Assembly (NCBI GenBank): GCA_963514005.1
Contig: OY740804.1
Coordinates: 5,704,001 to 5,768,000, forward strand
Reading direction: 5' to 3'
Length of the DNA: 64,000 nt
Source: Raja brachyura
Lineage: Eukaryota
A model generated the notes under the pieces. That model did no database searches and was not told the origin of the DNA. It worked only from the letters and a program-made list of their open reading frames with translations. Every line of letters starts with the position of its first letter. Positions within the stretch are counted from its first letter, which is position 1. Both the position numbers and the translations under genes were made by a program. Positions 63,384-64,000 of the stretch are shown here, one piece after another.

Positions 63384-63894
63384 TACTGATTAATGGGATT
63401 GTTCCAAGAGCTGTTATTGAATCGATGGGCCTAAAAGGTTTGGCAGGGTAGCTGCAGGGATGAGTCTTCCCCTTTTTTTAAGGTGCATCCGACTCAAAAT
63501 ATGAGGTCCGTCTTTCATGAAAGGGACAAGAAGAAGACTCTTTACAAAGAATCCTCGGTTATCTTACCAGGAGGCCATGAAGGCTCAATCACAGTAAAAA
63601 TCTATATTTTTATACAAAATTATAGGAAGCAAGGGATATGGAATCAGTTCACAAAACTGGTGCTGTGTCAATTATGATACCATTGAGTGGTGGAGTAAGT
63701 ACAAAGGGCCGAATGGTCTACTGAAGAGAGACACAAAGTATTGGAGTAATTTAGTGGGTCAGGCAGCATCTCTGGAGATAAAGGATAAGTGACATTTTAG
63801 GTTGGGACATTTCTTCAGACTATACTCTTGCTTTATGTTCTCTTCAAACTATGAGCACTGCATGGTATGATTTTTGGCACAGTGCTGTTATCTA

Positions 63895-64000
63895 GGAAAG
63901 AGTAGGAGTAAACGGGTCCTTTTCACAATGGCAGGCAGTGACTAGTGGAGTACCGCAAGGCTCAGTGCTGGGACCCCAGCTATTTACAATATATATTAAT
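63895..64000 (+). mobile_element. CR1 ORF2 fragment running off the window
   Basis: [34 protein letters not shown]. Confidence 0.85.

Overview
Eukaryotic, intron-rich, repeat-dense vertebrate DNA. The repeat content (HE1/V-SINE-like SINEs, CR1, L1/Tx1, Penelope-derived repeats, DIRS) suggests a cartilaginous fish, probably a skate or ray (inference). The window holds a tandem + strand cluster of CD300/pIgR-like immunoglobulin-superfamily receptor genes with V plus C2 domains, resembling skate modular domain immune-type receptors (MDIRs). From splice signals I reconstruct four units. (0) The 3' end of an activating-type gene: TM with a W-K-x-G-R-W motif and a short Tyr-free tail (919-1528). 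(A) An activating-type gene, leader-V-C2-TM-tail (5538-18303), with a nonsense codon inside the TM exon. (B) An inhibitory-type gene, leader-V-V-V-C2-V-C2(frameshifted)-TM-cytoplasmic tail with three ITIMs (25641-52317). (C) An isolated degenerate leader near 58312. Intron homologies reveal deletion and tail-swap junctions between activating and inhibitory paralogs. Notable repeats: a DIRS element with intact ITR/ICR termini inserted into an L1, a hAT-like element carrying a Tx1 fragment, and Penelope-derived repeats with a minimal hammerhead-ribozyme motif, one a perfect 93-bp-arm palindrome. All exon models come from reading the sequence by eye, without transcript evidence.
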